NCBI GenBank assembly: GCA_041690135.1
Contig: JAWLHY010000015.1
Span: 1-64,000, forward strand
Length of the DNA stretch: 64,000 nucleotides
Reading direction: 5' to 3'
DNA from: Armatimonadota bacterium
GTDB taxonomy: Bacteria > Armatimonadota > SYMT01
Each line of letters starts with the position of its first letter. Within the stretch, counting starts at the first letter, position 1. The notes below the pieces were generated by a model, which did not search any database, was not told the origin of the DNA, and saw only the letters and a list, made by a program, of their open reading frames with translations. This document shows, in pieces, positions 38,198-48,303 of this stretch. The position numbers and the translations under genes were made by a program.

Positions 38198-38896
38198 ATG
38201 CAGAGACGCACTTTTATATCGGCCGTGGCCGGGGCATGGTTCGCCGGTACAGCGGTGCTTCCGGGTTGGGCGGCCGAAAACGCACTATCGGACAGGGAGC
38301 AGTCCGGAGGTTGGAAACTGCTGTTCGACGGCAAGACCCTGAACGGCTGGAAGGCCATGGGGAACCCCGCCGGCTGGGTGGTGGAGGACGGCTCCATCCT
38401 CTGTACGGTGATGCGGGGAAGCTACCTGCGCACGGAAGAGCAATACGGCGACTTCGTGCTCTCCCTGGACTATAAGATCGCGCCGGGAACAAACAGCGGC
38501 GTGTTCTTTCGCTGGTCGGACCTCAAGAATCCCGTCCACACCGGTATCGAGATGGCGATCGACGACTCGGCGGGGAAAGCCGCTCCGGGAACCCACGATG
38601 CAGGCGCCATTTACGACATCATCGCACCCCGCAAGAACATGTCGAAACCGGCGGGCGAATGGAACCACGTGGTCATCACCTGCAAGGACAACCTGATCCA
38701 GATAGAGATGAACGGGGAGAAGGTCAGCGAAATGGACCTGAACCTGTGGGTGGAAGCCGGCAAGAACCCCGACGGTACCACCAACAAGTTCAAGAACGCC
38801 TATAAGGATCTTCCCCGCACCGGCTACCTTGGCCTGCAGGACCACGGCGGGAAGGTCTGGTACAAGAACATCAAGCTGAAGCCGCTCAAGAAGTGA
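38198..38896 (+). CDS. DUF1080 (3-keto-disaccharide hydrolase-like), Tat signal
   Basis: QRRTF; GWKLLFDGKTLNGW, NSGVFFR, GEWN, GYLGLQDHG, YKNIK. Confidence 0.93.
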   Translation: MQRRTFISAVAGAWFAGTAVLPGWAAENALSDREQSGGWKLLFDGKTLNGWKAMGNPAGWVVEDGSILCTVMRGSYLRTEEQYGDFVLSLDYKIAPGTNSGVFFRWSDLKNPVHTGIEMAIDDSAGKAAPGTHDAGAIYDIIAPRKNMSKPAGEWNHVVITCKDNLIQIEMNGEKVSEMDLNLWVEAGKNPDGTTNKFKNAYKDLPRTGYLGLQDHGGKVWYKNIKLKPLKK

Positions 38897-40677
38897 ACGC
38901 AATGACCCCTTCCCCTGCTGGGCACGCGGCACTCCCACCGCCGCGACCCGTTCTGCGCCGGTGGGTCCTCTGGGCGGCGGCCGGACTCCTCTCAGCCGCT
39001 GGGAGTTGGCAACTCATGGCCGGAGAAGACCCGAACGGCGACGTGCGGGTGACCGTGCGTGAACAGGAGACCGGCGCTCTCTTGCCGGCGCGCCTGACGC
39101 TCCTCGACGCGGACGGCCGACCGGCGACGGTCACCCTCGAGCCACGGCCCTGGCTGGCGGTACGACCGGGCGTCGTTTACACCGGAACCGGCGAGGCAGC
39201 GTTCCGCCTCCCCCGCGGCCGGTACACCCTGCATGCCACGCGCGGTTCGGAGTATGGCCTGGCTACCCGTCGGCTTCAGGTGGGGGAGGGAACCACCCAT
39301 ATCGATCTTCGCCTCACGCGAGAGGTGGATACGCGCGGCTATATCAGCTGCGATACCCATATCCACACGCGGACGTACAGTGGGCATGGCGACAGCACGC
39401 TCGAAGAGCGCATGCCCACCATCGCAGGCGAGGGGATCGAGCTCGCCATCGCCACGGACCACAACCACCACACCGACTATGCTCCCGCGGCCCAGGCAAC
39501 CCGAACCGCCTCCTTCTTCACGCCGGTGATCGGGAATGAAGTCACGACGAAGGTCGGCCACTTCAACGCGTTTCCGATCCGGCCGGGGAGCAAGGTACCC
39601 GATTACCAGTCCACGGACTGGAAGCAGCTCCTGGCGGGAATCCGCGCGGTGCCCGGGGTGCGCGTCGTCGTGCTCAACCACCCGAGCAATAACCACTCGG
39701 ACTTCGTTCCCACCGACCCCAAACGGTTCCACCCGGCAAGCGGAGAGAGTCTCGACGGCCGTTCCTGGGACTTCGACGGGATGGAAGTGGTCACGTCGGC
39801 GGCGCTGCAGTCCGACTGGATGAAGCCGTACCGGGACTGGTTCGCCCTGCTGAACCGCGGGCGGCGCACCGTAGGCCTCGGCTCCAGCGATACTCACGAC
39901 GTGGATCGCTTCATCCTGGGGCAGGCGCGGACGTACGTCGCCAGCACCGCCACCCGGCCCGACCGCGTCGACGTCAACGAGGCGTGCGAGAACATTCTCG
40001 CGGGCAAAGTGCTGGTGAGCATGGGGCTATTGACCGAGGCCTGGGTCGATGAGCAGTACGGCGTGGGAGAGTTCGCCAACGGCCGAGATCCGGAGATGAA
40101 GGTCCGCGTGCGGGTGCAGGGCCCGCGCTGGGTCACGGCGGACCGGATCGAGCTGTACGCCAACGGTCAGAAGATCGCCTCGCGCCCGGTGGTCCATTCC
40201 GGAAAGGCCATCGTCAAAGCCGACCACACCTTTACCGTGCCGCGCCCCGCGCACGACGCCTGGCTCGTCGCCATCGCCTCGGGTCCCGGCGTCGATCAGC
40301 CTTACTGGCCGATTGGACGGCCTTACCAGCCGGACCGGGCGGAGTGGGATCCGCGCGTGATCGGGTCCACCAGTCCCATCCGGATCGATGGAGACGGGGA
40401 CGGCCGGTACACCAGCCCCATGGAGTACGCGCGAGCCTGCCTGGCAGCCACTCCGGGAGCGCCCTACCGGACAGCGCCGGAAGCACGAAAGTTGATGGCG
40501 ACGCTGGCCCGTTACGATACCGCCGTCGCCGTACAGGCGGCCTCGCTCCTGTACCAGCAGGGAGCCGATCCCGGCACTGGAGCGCTCCGGCAGGCCAGCG
40601 AATCCGCCGCTCCGCACGTACGCCACGCCTTCGTCGCCTATCGCAACCTGCGAGTCAAGCAGGCCCCGGGGAGTTGA
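38893..40677 (+). CDS. CehA/McbA-type PHP metallohydrolase
   Basis: DTHIHT, TDHN, GNEVT...GHFN, NHP, SSDTH; N-terminal RG.EY beta domain. Confidence 0.85.
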   Translation: MNAMTPSPAGHAALPPPRPVLRRWVLWAAAGLLSAAGSWQLMAGEDPNGDVRVTVREQETGALLPARLTLLDADGRPATVTLEPRPWLAVRPGVVYTGTGEAAFRLPRGRYTLHATRGSEYGLATRRLQVGEGTTHIDLRLTREVDTRGYISCDTHIHTRTYSGHGDSTLEERMPTIAGEGIELAIATDHNHHTDYAPAAQATRTASFFTPVIGNEVTTKVGHFNAFPIRPGSKVPDYQSTDWKQLLAGIRAVPGVRVVVLNHPSNNHSDFVPTDPKRFHPASGESLDGRSWDFDGMEVVTSAALQSDWMKPYRDWFALLNRGRRTVGLGSSDTHDVDRFILGQARTYVASTATRPDRVDVNEACENILAGKVLVSMGLLTEAWVDEQYGVGEFANGRDPEMKVRVRVQGPRWVTADRIELYANGQKIASRPVVHSGKAIVKADHTFTVPRPAHDAWLVAIASGPGVDQPYWPIGRPYQPDRAEWDPRVIGSTSPIRIDGDGDGRYTSPMEYARACLAATPGAPYRTAPEARKLMATLARYDTAVAVQAASLLYQQGADPGTGALRQASESAAPHVRHAFVAYRNLRVKQAPGS

Positions 40678-40788
40678 TCTCCGGGGAATGACGACAAGGA
40701 AGAATAGGGGAATGGGGGAGTGGATGTACGGGAGCCGTTGTGCCAACAGCGTGCTTCCATTCATCCACTCTCCCTATCTCTCTGCCTT

Positions 40789-41523
40789 CTACTGACCCCG
40801 CTTCTGAGACAGAAGCCAGGCGATCGCTTCCGCGTCGCCATAGGCCCGGTCCCAGGAGTTGTGGCCCACACCAGGATACTCGGAATACTTGATCCGCGCG
40901 TTGCCCGCCATCCGCACCGCTTCCACCATTTCGCGGGAACGGACCACAGGCACTGCGTTATCGGCATCGCCGTGGAACACCCAGATCGGCAGGCTCTTGA
41001 GCGCTCCCGCCATCTCGGCCGGCTTTCCGCCGCCGCAAATCGGCAGCAGGGCGGCAAACCGCTGCGGGTACTTCGAGCCTAGATACCAGGTGCCGTAGCC
41101 ACCCATGGAGAGACCGGTCAGGTAGACCCGGTCCGGATCCGTGCTGTACTGCTTGAGCACCTGGTCCAGCGCGGCCATGGCCGCCTCCGCCACCTCCGGG
41201 TGGTCGCCCACGAACCCGGTAATTCCCGCGCCCCACGACTTGCCGGTGGGGCACTGCGGCATCACCACCAACGCGGGAAACCGTTCCGGGTTGAGACGGA
41301 TGGCCCGGCCGATCCCCACATCGGACTGGGCCAGGCCGCCGGCACCTCGCTCTCCGGCTCCGTGGAGGAACAGGATCACGGGCCATTTCTTCTCGGGGGA
41401 GTAATCGCGCGGGACATAGACCACGTAGGGCAGGGTAGTATCCCCGGCCTTCGCGGTGGCATTCAGGAAGCCGGTTGCCATGGGGGCAGAACTCGCCGGC
41501 AGCGGCGCCGCCAGGCAGAACAC
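40789..41523 (-). CDS. alpha/beta hydrolase (phospholipase/carboxylesterase-peptidase type); probable true start 41571 interrupted by TAG
   Basis: LFLHGAGERG, PQCP, YLTGLSMGGYG, FHG..D..VP, GHNSW. Confidence 0.9.
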   Translation of the reverse strand: MFCLAAPLPASSAPMATGFLNATAKAGDTTLPYVVYVPRDYSPEKKWPVILFLHGAGERGAGGLAQSDVGIGRAIRLNPERFPALVVMPQCPTGKSWGAGITGFVGDHPEVAEAAMAALDQVLKQYSTDPDRVYLTGLSMGGYGTWYLGSKYPQRFAALLPICGGGKPAEMAGALKSLPIWVFHGDADNAVPVVRSREMVEAVRMAGNARIKYSEYPGVGHNSWDRAYGDAEAIAWLLSQKRGQ

Positions 41524-41666
41524 GGATAGGAGAAGAGCCGGTAGCCACCGGCTCTAGGAGAATCGTCGCATCGTCAAAAGCATTCCACAGGAGGGAGTGA
41601 AGGAACTCCTACAGGGGATTAGCCCCTTCCACTCCCAACTCCTGCCGGAACTGCAAGAAATCCCGA

Positions 41667-42119
41667 TCAGGGAGCGACGATCAGTTTACCGGTCATCCCT
41701 CGCTCTTCATGATTGGCCACCGGGCAGTAGAAGGTGTAGGTGCCGGGTTTCTCCGGCGCCTGGAACTGGAGCACCTTGGTCTCTCCCGGAGCCACGTTCT
41801 GCTGCAACTCCACTTCCCCCGCAGGCAACTCGAACTCGATGTTGTGCGGCACGGTGCCCTCATTCTCCAGTTCCACCCGTACGGGCTGACCCGGCCGCAC
41901 CGTCAGCTCATTGGGAATGAACTCCATCCGGTCGGCGACCATCTCCACCCGCATCACCTGGGTTGTCCCGGTCTCCAATTGCCCCGGAGCCGGCGCGTCC
42001 AGCGGCCGGTTCGCCGCGTTCACCGTTTCGCGGTCCTCGAGCCCGCAGCCGGCGCCCAGCAAGCCTATCGCACTCACCAGCGCCACCACGGACGCGTATC
42101 CAAATCCCTTCTTCCGCAT
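41667..42119 (-). CDS. cupredoxin-domain lipoprotein
   Basis: Lipobox-like GAGC; type-1 Cu ligands PHN...YCPVANH...GM. Confidence 0.88.
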   Translation of the reverse strand: MRKKGFGYASVVALVSAIGLLGAGCGLEDRETVNAANRPLDAPAPGQLETGTTQVMRVEMVADRMEFIPNELTVRPGQPVRVELENEGTVPHNIEFELPAGEVELQQNVAPGETKVLQFQAPEKPGTYTFYCPVANHEERGMTGKLIVAP

Positions 42120-42399
42120 GGTCTCGATCCTCCACGGCGGTCTTACCCAACCCGCCACGAGAGGAGACGTAGCGACCTGGGGACCCGGCCGTGCTGGAGG
42201 ACCTACAGCGCCGTCTACGGGAATTGGAAGCAGCACTGGCCCGCCAGCAGGAGCTCATCAACCAGCTCCGGGATGCTGAGGTGGGTGTGGTAGAGCCTGA
42301 ATAGCTCTAAAATATTGTTGGAAACTCCATACTGACCGGCTGCAGTTGGACTACCGGCGATCGATTTTCCAACGGCATCTTCTAGGGATCGGACGCGAG

Positions 42400-43044
42400 T
42401 TACTGATTATTGGCTGGCGGTAGTGAGGTGTGATTGCTTCCCGCATACCTTGCACCGTACCGAATCTCCTCGTCCCAGGAGGCAACCTGCTCCTGAAGGT
42501 CCGGGAAGAAGCGCTCGAAGGCCGCCGCGAAGGGCTGGTAATTCCGCTGCAGGTCCTCCACTGCCTCGGGGAGGGCTGCCCCGCCGGGAACCCAGCGCGA
42601 AAGGCGCTCCAGGGCCGCCGTCACTCCGGACAACTCCGAATAGGAGCCAAGGCGGTCGGTGTCGATCATCGTCCGGACCAACTGGCGCATCCGGTCCGGG
42701 TACTCCTCCAGGCGACCGCCGAGGGTTTCGTACACGCGGGCCGTAAACACAGGCAGGCGTTCCGCGGAGTAGCGGTCCCACTCGCGGGACAGGAAATGGT
42801 CGAAAGCGATATCGACCACCACCCCGGCGTAGCGACGGTTGGCGGTCCCGATCCATTGCCGGCACTCCGCCACCACCGGGTGTGCGTCGGTATAGGCATC
42901 GATCTTCCGGTGGAGCAGGATGCCGAGCCGGATCTCCGCTGGATACTCTTCCGTCAGCCGGCCTTTGACGAAGTCACCCAGCAGACTACCGGCCAGGCAC
43001 TCCGGCCCACGGTCGCCGAGATAGAGATGGGCGAGGTAATTCAA
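42400..43044 (-). CDS. acpH: ACP phosphodiesterase
   Basis: NYLAHL, GDFVKG, GI.LHR.ID.YTD.HP, D..FDHFL, F..FFPDL; TTG start. Confidence 0.9.
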   Translation of the reverse strand: MNYLAHLYLGDRGPECLAGSLLGDFVKGRLTEEYPAEIRLGILLHRKIDAYTDAHPVVAECRQWIGTANRRYAGVVVDIAFDHFLSREWDRYSAERLPVFTARVYETLGGRLEEYPDRMRQLVRTMIDTDRLGSYSELSGVTAALERLSRWVPGGAALPEAVEDLQRNYQPFAAAFERFFPDLQEQVASWDEEIRYGARYAGSNHTSLPPANNQ

Positions 43045-43214
43045 GGTTGGTTCCCAGACGCAGCGAATGCGGTCGAAAGCGGGAGAGGCTGCCTTCGTCG
43101 CGTAACTCCCCGAGACTCTTAACGTCTTTTTCCACAAGATGACCGAAGAGTTTTCCCAAGTGTTGCCTCACGGGACTGCACGCCTGCGCGGAAACACCGG
43201 ACCTCGGGCCACTG

Positions 43215-46200
43215 CTATTCCTGGGGCAAGGCACCGCGCTCCGCCACGATTAGAGCCTGCTGGAGTTGATCCGGTTGGATGGGTTTGGTCAGGTGCAGGT
43301 CGAAACCGGCCTCGCGTGATCGTCGCCGGTCTTCATGGGTGCCGTACCCCGTCAACGCGATCAGGCGACATGCCGCAGTAGCGGGACTACTCCGCAGTTG
43401 GCGTGCTACGTCGTAGCCCGTCACTCCACCGGGTAGGCCGATGTCGCAGAGCACCACATCCGGAAGGAACTCCGCCGCGCGAACGATCCCTTCTTGTCCG
43501 GTGAAAGCGACCTCCACCACACACCCGAACAGTTCGAGGAGGTCGCGCAGCGTCTCCGCTGCATCCCGAATGTCTTCGATCACGAGCACGCGAACCGCTG
43601 CCGGCATCCACGGTTCGGAAACCAGTGTCTCTTCTCGCGCGTCGGGGCGAACTTCCGCGGGGAGCGTAATCTGGAACTCCGCCCCTCGCCCCGGCCCTCC
43701 GCTGGTCACCCGCACCGAGCCGCCGCTGTGCAACTCCACCAACCCCTTCACCAGGGACAGACCCAATCCCATGCCACCCTGGCTGCGGTCGAGCGTTCGG
43801 TCTGCCTGAGAGAACGGGGTGAACAGGTGCGGCAGCACCGTAGCGTCAATACCGATGCCGGTATCCCGCACCGAAAGAACCGCTTCTTGCTTCGCGGTCA
43901 GCGCCAGACGCATCCCTACCTTCCCGCCCGCCGGCGTGAACTTGCGGGCGTTGTCCAGCAAGTTGCCGATCACCTGCGCAAGCCGGACCCGGTCGCCATT
44001 CACCCAAACCGGATGGCCCGGCAGTTCCAGCAACAGGCTGACTCCGGCGGCCTCCAGTGCATCCCGATGATCTTCCGCCGTGCTTCGCGCCAGGGCTGCC
44101 AGGTCGAGCTGCTCCAGGTGCAGCCGGATCTTGCCGCGGGCGATACGGCTGACGTCCAGCAGATCATCCACGAGGCGCGTCTGGTGATTGATCTGCCGGA
44201 CCGCCACCTCGAGAGCGCGCCGAAAGGCGGGTCGGTCCGGCGAGGTGCCACTCATGACATGGATGGAGTTGCTGATGGCGCCCAGCGGATTGCGCAACTC
44301 GTGCGCCAACATCGCCAGGAAGTCATCCTTGCGGCGATCGGCGGCCGCCAATTCCTCCGCCCGTGCCCGCGCCGCGTATTCCGCGTCCCGCGCCTGTTGG
44401 TAGAGGCGGGCGTTATCGATGGCAATGGCGGCCTGAGCCGCAATCCCCACCAGGATCCGCTCATGCCGTTCGGTGAAGACACCCGGCAGCGCGTGCCCGA
44501 AGAAGAGACCGCCGAGCACCTCTCCGGTCCGGGAGATGACCGGAACCGCCAGGTAACTGCGTACCGGAAGGTGCCCCTCTGGCATCCCATAATACGGCGC
44601 GTTTTTCCCAAAACGAGGATCCTGGGTCACATCGGCAAGACGCACGATCCCCGTTCCGTCAAAGGTCGGCGCAAAGATAGCAGTCTTTCGGGGAGTGGGG
44701 AACCTGGAGAAGGCCTCTTGGGGCGCGCCCGAGAGCGTGTACAGCATCAAGGCTTCGCCCTCCTCATTCCAGGTGCTGTAGAAGAAACTGCCGAACTGCG
44801 CGTCGCTAATCTCCGTGGCTGCATCCGTTAGGGCTTGCAGCAACTTCTGCAGGTCCAGGTCCCCAGCAAGCACCTGGCCAATCCGGTTGATGCTCTCCAC
44901 GGTGCGGGTTTCTTCGATCAACCCCCACTCCGCGCGGACCCGGTCGTGGATGTCGGTGATATTGCCCACCCATTCCCGCAAAGTTCCATCGGCGTGGTAC
45001 AGCGGAATCGCCCGGACGGCAAAATGCCGGTAGTCTGCTGTGCCGGCATGCCACAAGCGGCCCTGGGCCTCGCACGGAACCCGTTCCGCCAGCGACCGCT
45101 GCCAGAGTTCCAGAACCTTCTCCCGGTCTTCGGGATGGATCATCTCCACCCAGCCGAAACCGCGGTGCTCTTCCCAGCCCTGGCCGGTATATGCCTCCCA
45201 CGAGGACTGCCTCTCCACAAAGCGACCCTGGCCATCACTGGTCCACACGATCGAGGAAGTGGCCGCCACCAGGGACCGGTACCGTTCTTCGCTACGGCGC
45301 AATGCCTCCGCCGCGCGCCGTTGTTCGGTCACGTCTTCCTGCACACAGACCCAGAACTTCGCCCCGTCCGTTTCCAGTGCGGTGATCTGTGCGCGCGTGA
45401 TGAATGGCGTCCCATCCTTCTTCCGGTTCAGCCACTCGCCGACCCACTCCCCTTCACTCCGGAGCGTCTGGATCACCTCGGCGACGACCCGCTCGTTCTC
45501 CTCGGCAGGATAGGCGTTCTGCACAGTGACGTGCTGCCCCAGGAGTTCCCCCGGAGCGTAGCCGAACATGGTGTCTTCCGCGGGGTTGGTATAGACGATC
45601 ACGCCCTGCTCGTCGGTTACGCTGACCCCTTCGCGCATGCTTTCCAGTACCCGCGAGTGGAGTTTCAGCGCTTCTTCCGCCCGCCTGCGTTCAGCGAGTT
45701 CCTGCTGGGCTGCCCGATAGAGTCGGGCGTGATCCACGGCGATAGCCGCCCGGTGCGCTAGCTCTTCCGCCAGCGCCAGGTGTTCTGGCCCATAGCGCCG
45801 GGTTTCTCCGGTGAGGGCAAGACTGATCGCTCCCAACTGCTCCCCGCGCGCCACCATGGGAACGGCGATGTGCGAGCGGACTCCGAGACGCCGGATCAGG
45901 TCCGCGTGTCGCGCATCGACAGTGTGACTCGCCACGACATCGGGATCCACCTCCACCAGCAGTTCCGGTTCACCGGCCCGCAGCACCCGGGCGGCCGGTG
46001 CCGGAGAGTCCCACCCCGGAGGGTAGTCCTCCTGGAGCTCCCGCAGCACTCCTTCTTGCGCCGGATCCACGTGCGCCGCCGCGACCCGGCAAATCCGGCC
46101 CTGGTCCACGATATCGACGTAACAGAAATCGGCGAGATCGGGCAGGGCCAGCCGAACCACTTGCTGGAGAGTAGTCTCATAGTCCAGCGAAGAACCGAGG

Positions 46201-46322
46201 ATGCGCGTGGCTTGTGCCAGGATCTGATAGCGCCGGAGATCCCGATCGAACGCGAGCGATCCGTCCCCGCCGGCAGCGAGAAAGGTGGAGTTCAACTGCG
46301 ACTCGGAGAACGCTTCATCCAT
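43215..46322 (-). CDS. hybrid histidine kinase GAF-PAS-PAS-GAF-HisKA-HATPase-REC (start uncertain; ORF open to 46526)
   Basis: FLAMLAHELRNPL, NLLDNA.KF, DTGIG, GLGL, REC LCDIGLP...KP. Confidence 0.95.
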   Translation of the reverse strand: MDEAFSESQLNSTFLAAGGDGSLAFDRDLRRYQILAQATRILGSSLDYETTLQQVVRLALPDLADFCYVDIVDQGRICRVAAAHVDPAQEGVLRELQEDYPPGWDSPAPAARVLRAGEPELLVEVDPDVVASHTVDARHADLIRRLGVRSHIAVPMVARGEQLGAISLALTGETRRYGPEHLALAEELAHRAAIAVDHARLYRAAQQELAERRRAEEALKLHSRVLESMREGVSVTDEQGVIVYTNPAEDTMFGYAPGELLGQHVTVQNAYPAEENERVVAEVIQTLRSEGEWVGEWLNRKKDGTPFITRAQITALETDGAKFWVCVQEDVTEQRRAAEALRRSEERYRSLVAATSSIVWTSDGQGRFVERQSSWEAYTGQGWEEHRGFGWVEMIHPEDREKVLELWQRSLAERVPCEAQGRLWHAGTADYRHFAVRAIPLYHADGTLREWVGNITDIHDRVRAEWGLIEETRTVESINRIGQVLAGDLDLQKLLQALTDAATEISDAQFGSFFYSTWNEEGEALMLYTLSGAPQEAFSRFPTPRKTAIFAPTFDGTGIVRLADVTQDPRFGKNAPYYGMPEGHLPVRSYLAVPVISRTGEVLGGLFFGHALPGVFTERHERILVGIAAQAAIAIDNARLYQQARDAEYAARARAEELAAADRRKDDFLAMLAHELRNPLGAISNSIHVMSGTSPDRPAFRRALEVAVRQINHQTRLVDDLLDVSRIARGKIRLHLEQLDLAALARSTAEDHRDALEAAGVSLLLELPGHPVWVNGDRVRLAQVIGNLLDNARKFTPAGGKVGMRLALTAKQEAVLSVRDTGIGIDATVLPHLFTPFSQADRTLDRSQGGMGLGLSLVKGLVELHSGGSVRVTSGGPGRGAEFQITLPAEVRPDAREETLVSEPWMPAAVRVLVIEDIRDAAETLRDLLELFGCVVEVAFTGQEGIVRAAEFLPDVVLCDIGLPGGVTGYDVARQLRSSPATAACRLIALTGYGTHEDRRRSREAGFDLHLTKPIQPDQLQQALIVAERGALPQE

Positions 46323-46589
46323 AATGAGTTCCGGCGATCCCGGCGGAGACGAAGAGGGGGCCGGCGCCGTGCGGACGGTAGGGATGCCGTCCACCGATCG
46401 GCGACGGCCAGCTTGAACTGGCTTATCTTCCCACGCCGGCCCCGTCCTCTCACGAAGACTTCCCGAGACGGAACGCAGATTGTACCGTTCTTCGAGACGT
46501 ACGCGCCAGGTACCACCCGAATGCATCTCGGCATCGGGGTGGAACCTGTCGTGTTCGTCGAGTTCCTGGTCCGCCCCCGACTCGGGCGC

Positions 46590-47765
46590 CTACGTTCCCA
46601 GGGCCGCGAATACCCGGTTGGTGACCCCATTGCGCAACGCCACTGTCTTCTCGGAGGATATGGGGGACCCGGACGTGACGAAGACCAGCGCGTTACCGGT
46701 CGCGGGGTCGGCCACGCCGATGAACGTATCGATTCCCGCGTGCCCGAAGATGCCCGGTGAGGTCTGGTCGCGGAACCCGAACCAGTCGTGACCACCGGCT
46801 TTCGGTCCCTCCCCGCGCAGGAGCGGCCCGAGACCCCATGGTTCGTGGACCGGCCGCTGACCCGCAGCGCGCGCCTTCTCGATCTCCCGCCGGTACTGGA
46901 CCGTGTGCATCTCCGCCAGGGCCGCCGGCGTCAACAGACGCTTGCCGCGGTAGACGCCGCCGTTCAGGTGGAGGTGCAGCACCTTCAGCGCGTCCGTCAC
47001 CGTACCGAAACAGCCGCCGGCCGGATGGCCTCGGAACTGGTATACGTCCTCCAGTCGCTGCGGCAGTTCCTTGGGCTGCGGTGTGAGGGCCACGGGCGCC
47101 CTTTTAGCGGGAAGGTCGAACGTGAGGGACCGGGCCCCAAGTGGCTCGAACAGCCGCTCGTGGCAGAGCTGCTGCCAGGGCTTTCCACCGGAAACCCGGC
47201 GGACCGCCTCCGCAGCCACGAACAGTCCGGTCAGCCCGTGATACTGCGTCCGGGAACCCGGCTCCCATGCCGTCTTCAGGTCAGCCATGATCTTTACGGC
47301 CGACTTCCAACCTTCTTCCGTTTCGACCGGGCCCAACTCGGCCGTGGGAATGCCCGCCGAATGGGTGAGCAGGTGCCGTAGAGTGATGGCCTCTTTCCCG
47401 CCCCCCGTGAACTCGGGAATGTAGGTCTTCACCGGCGCGTCGTATTCCACCAGCCCGTCTTGCCGAGCCATGACCACCACCGTAGCGGAGACGAGCTTGG
47501 AGTAGGAGAAGAGCGGGTGTACGACCTCCGAACCCAACGGGGCACTGCGGCGCCCCAGGGCGCAGTAGGTGCCCCACTGCCCCTGAAACTGGACCTTCCC
47601 CTTCCGCGACGCGATGAGCGAGGCCCCCGGCACCGTTCCGACCGCCACCTCACCTTCGATAAACTGGCTGACTTCCCGCCACCGCTCTGGAACCATCGGA
47701 GCGATCATGGCGGCCGCCGCGGTCCGCTGGAGGAGTTCCCTACGGGTCAAGTGGTACTGTGTCAT
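46590..47765 (-). CDS. serine hydrolase, beta-lactamase/class C family, Tat signal
   Basis: TRRELL; SYSK (SxxK), LLTHSAG, PG...Y, FGHAG. Confidence 0.9.
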   Translation of the reverse strand: MTQYHLTRRELLQRTAAAAMIAPMVPERWREVSQFIEGEVAVGTVPGASLIASRKGKVQFQGQWGTYCALGRRSAPLGSEVVHPLFSYSKLVSATVVVMARQDGLVEYDAPVKTYIPEFTGGGKEAITLRHLLTHSAGIPTAELGPVETEEGWKSAVKIMADLKTAWEPGSRTQYHGLTGLFVAAEAVRRVSGGKPWQQLCHERLFEPLGARSLTFDLPAKRAPVALTPQPKELPQRLEDVYQFRGHPAGGCFGTVTDALKVLHLHLNGGVYRGKRLLTPAALAEMHTVQYRREIEKARAAGQRPVHEPWGLGPLLRGEGPKAGGHDWFGFRDQTSPGIFGHAGIDTFIGVADPATGNALVFVTSGSPISSEKTVALRNGVTNRVFAALGT

Positions 47766-47785
47766 GGCTTTTTGGGCAGGACGGG

Positions 47786-48000
47786 ATCTGAGTTGAAGCC
47801 CCCCTCGGGGGCTAAAGGTTGGAAGGTTGAAGGTTGAAAGTTGGGAACCCGGGGTTCAGTACCGGTGCGGTTTGGCGGTACCCGCATCTGAGTTGCAAGT
47901 TGGAAGGTTGAAGGTTGAAGGTTGAAAGTTGGGAACCCGCGACGTCTGTGACGGCTATGGTTTGGGAGAACGAGTTCTGGCCCCTTGAGGCTAGAGGTTG
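47786..48000. repeat. degenerate ~100-bp tandem repeat containing (AAGGTTG)n
   Basis: ATCTGAGTTG at 47786 and 47886, each followed by GTTGGAAGGTTGAAGGTTG..AAAGTTGGGAACCCG; partial third unit. Confidence 0.8.
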
Positions 48001-48303
48001 GTTGCCGAGATCGCCGCGGTTACACAACTAGCTACCGGTTAGTCCGGAATCATTCCTGAATCCTGCCCCTAGTCCGAGAGATATCTCGGTCCGCCTCCCA
48101 CCGGATACTGCTTCCAGCCGACTCCCCTTATGAGCGAACGGCACCCCATGCTGCCGAACCGTCCGCCGAGCGGGTGCGACGAAACCCACGCAGGAGTCAC
48201 CCCGCAACCCCGAGAACCCTTGAACCAACACGGGGAACAACCCCCACGACTCACCAACTCACCCCTCACCACTCCATCACTCACCACTCACCCCGGAGCC
48301 AAG

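Noticed and set aside
47786-48000. Mini CRISPR array
   Set aside because: Repeats are internally periodic and unequal, only 2-3 units, and no cas genes are present.
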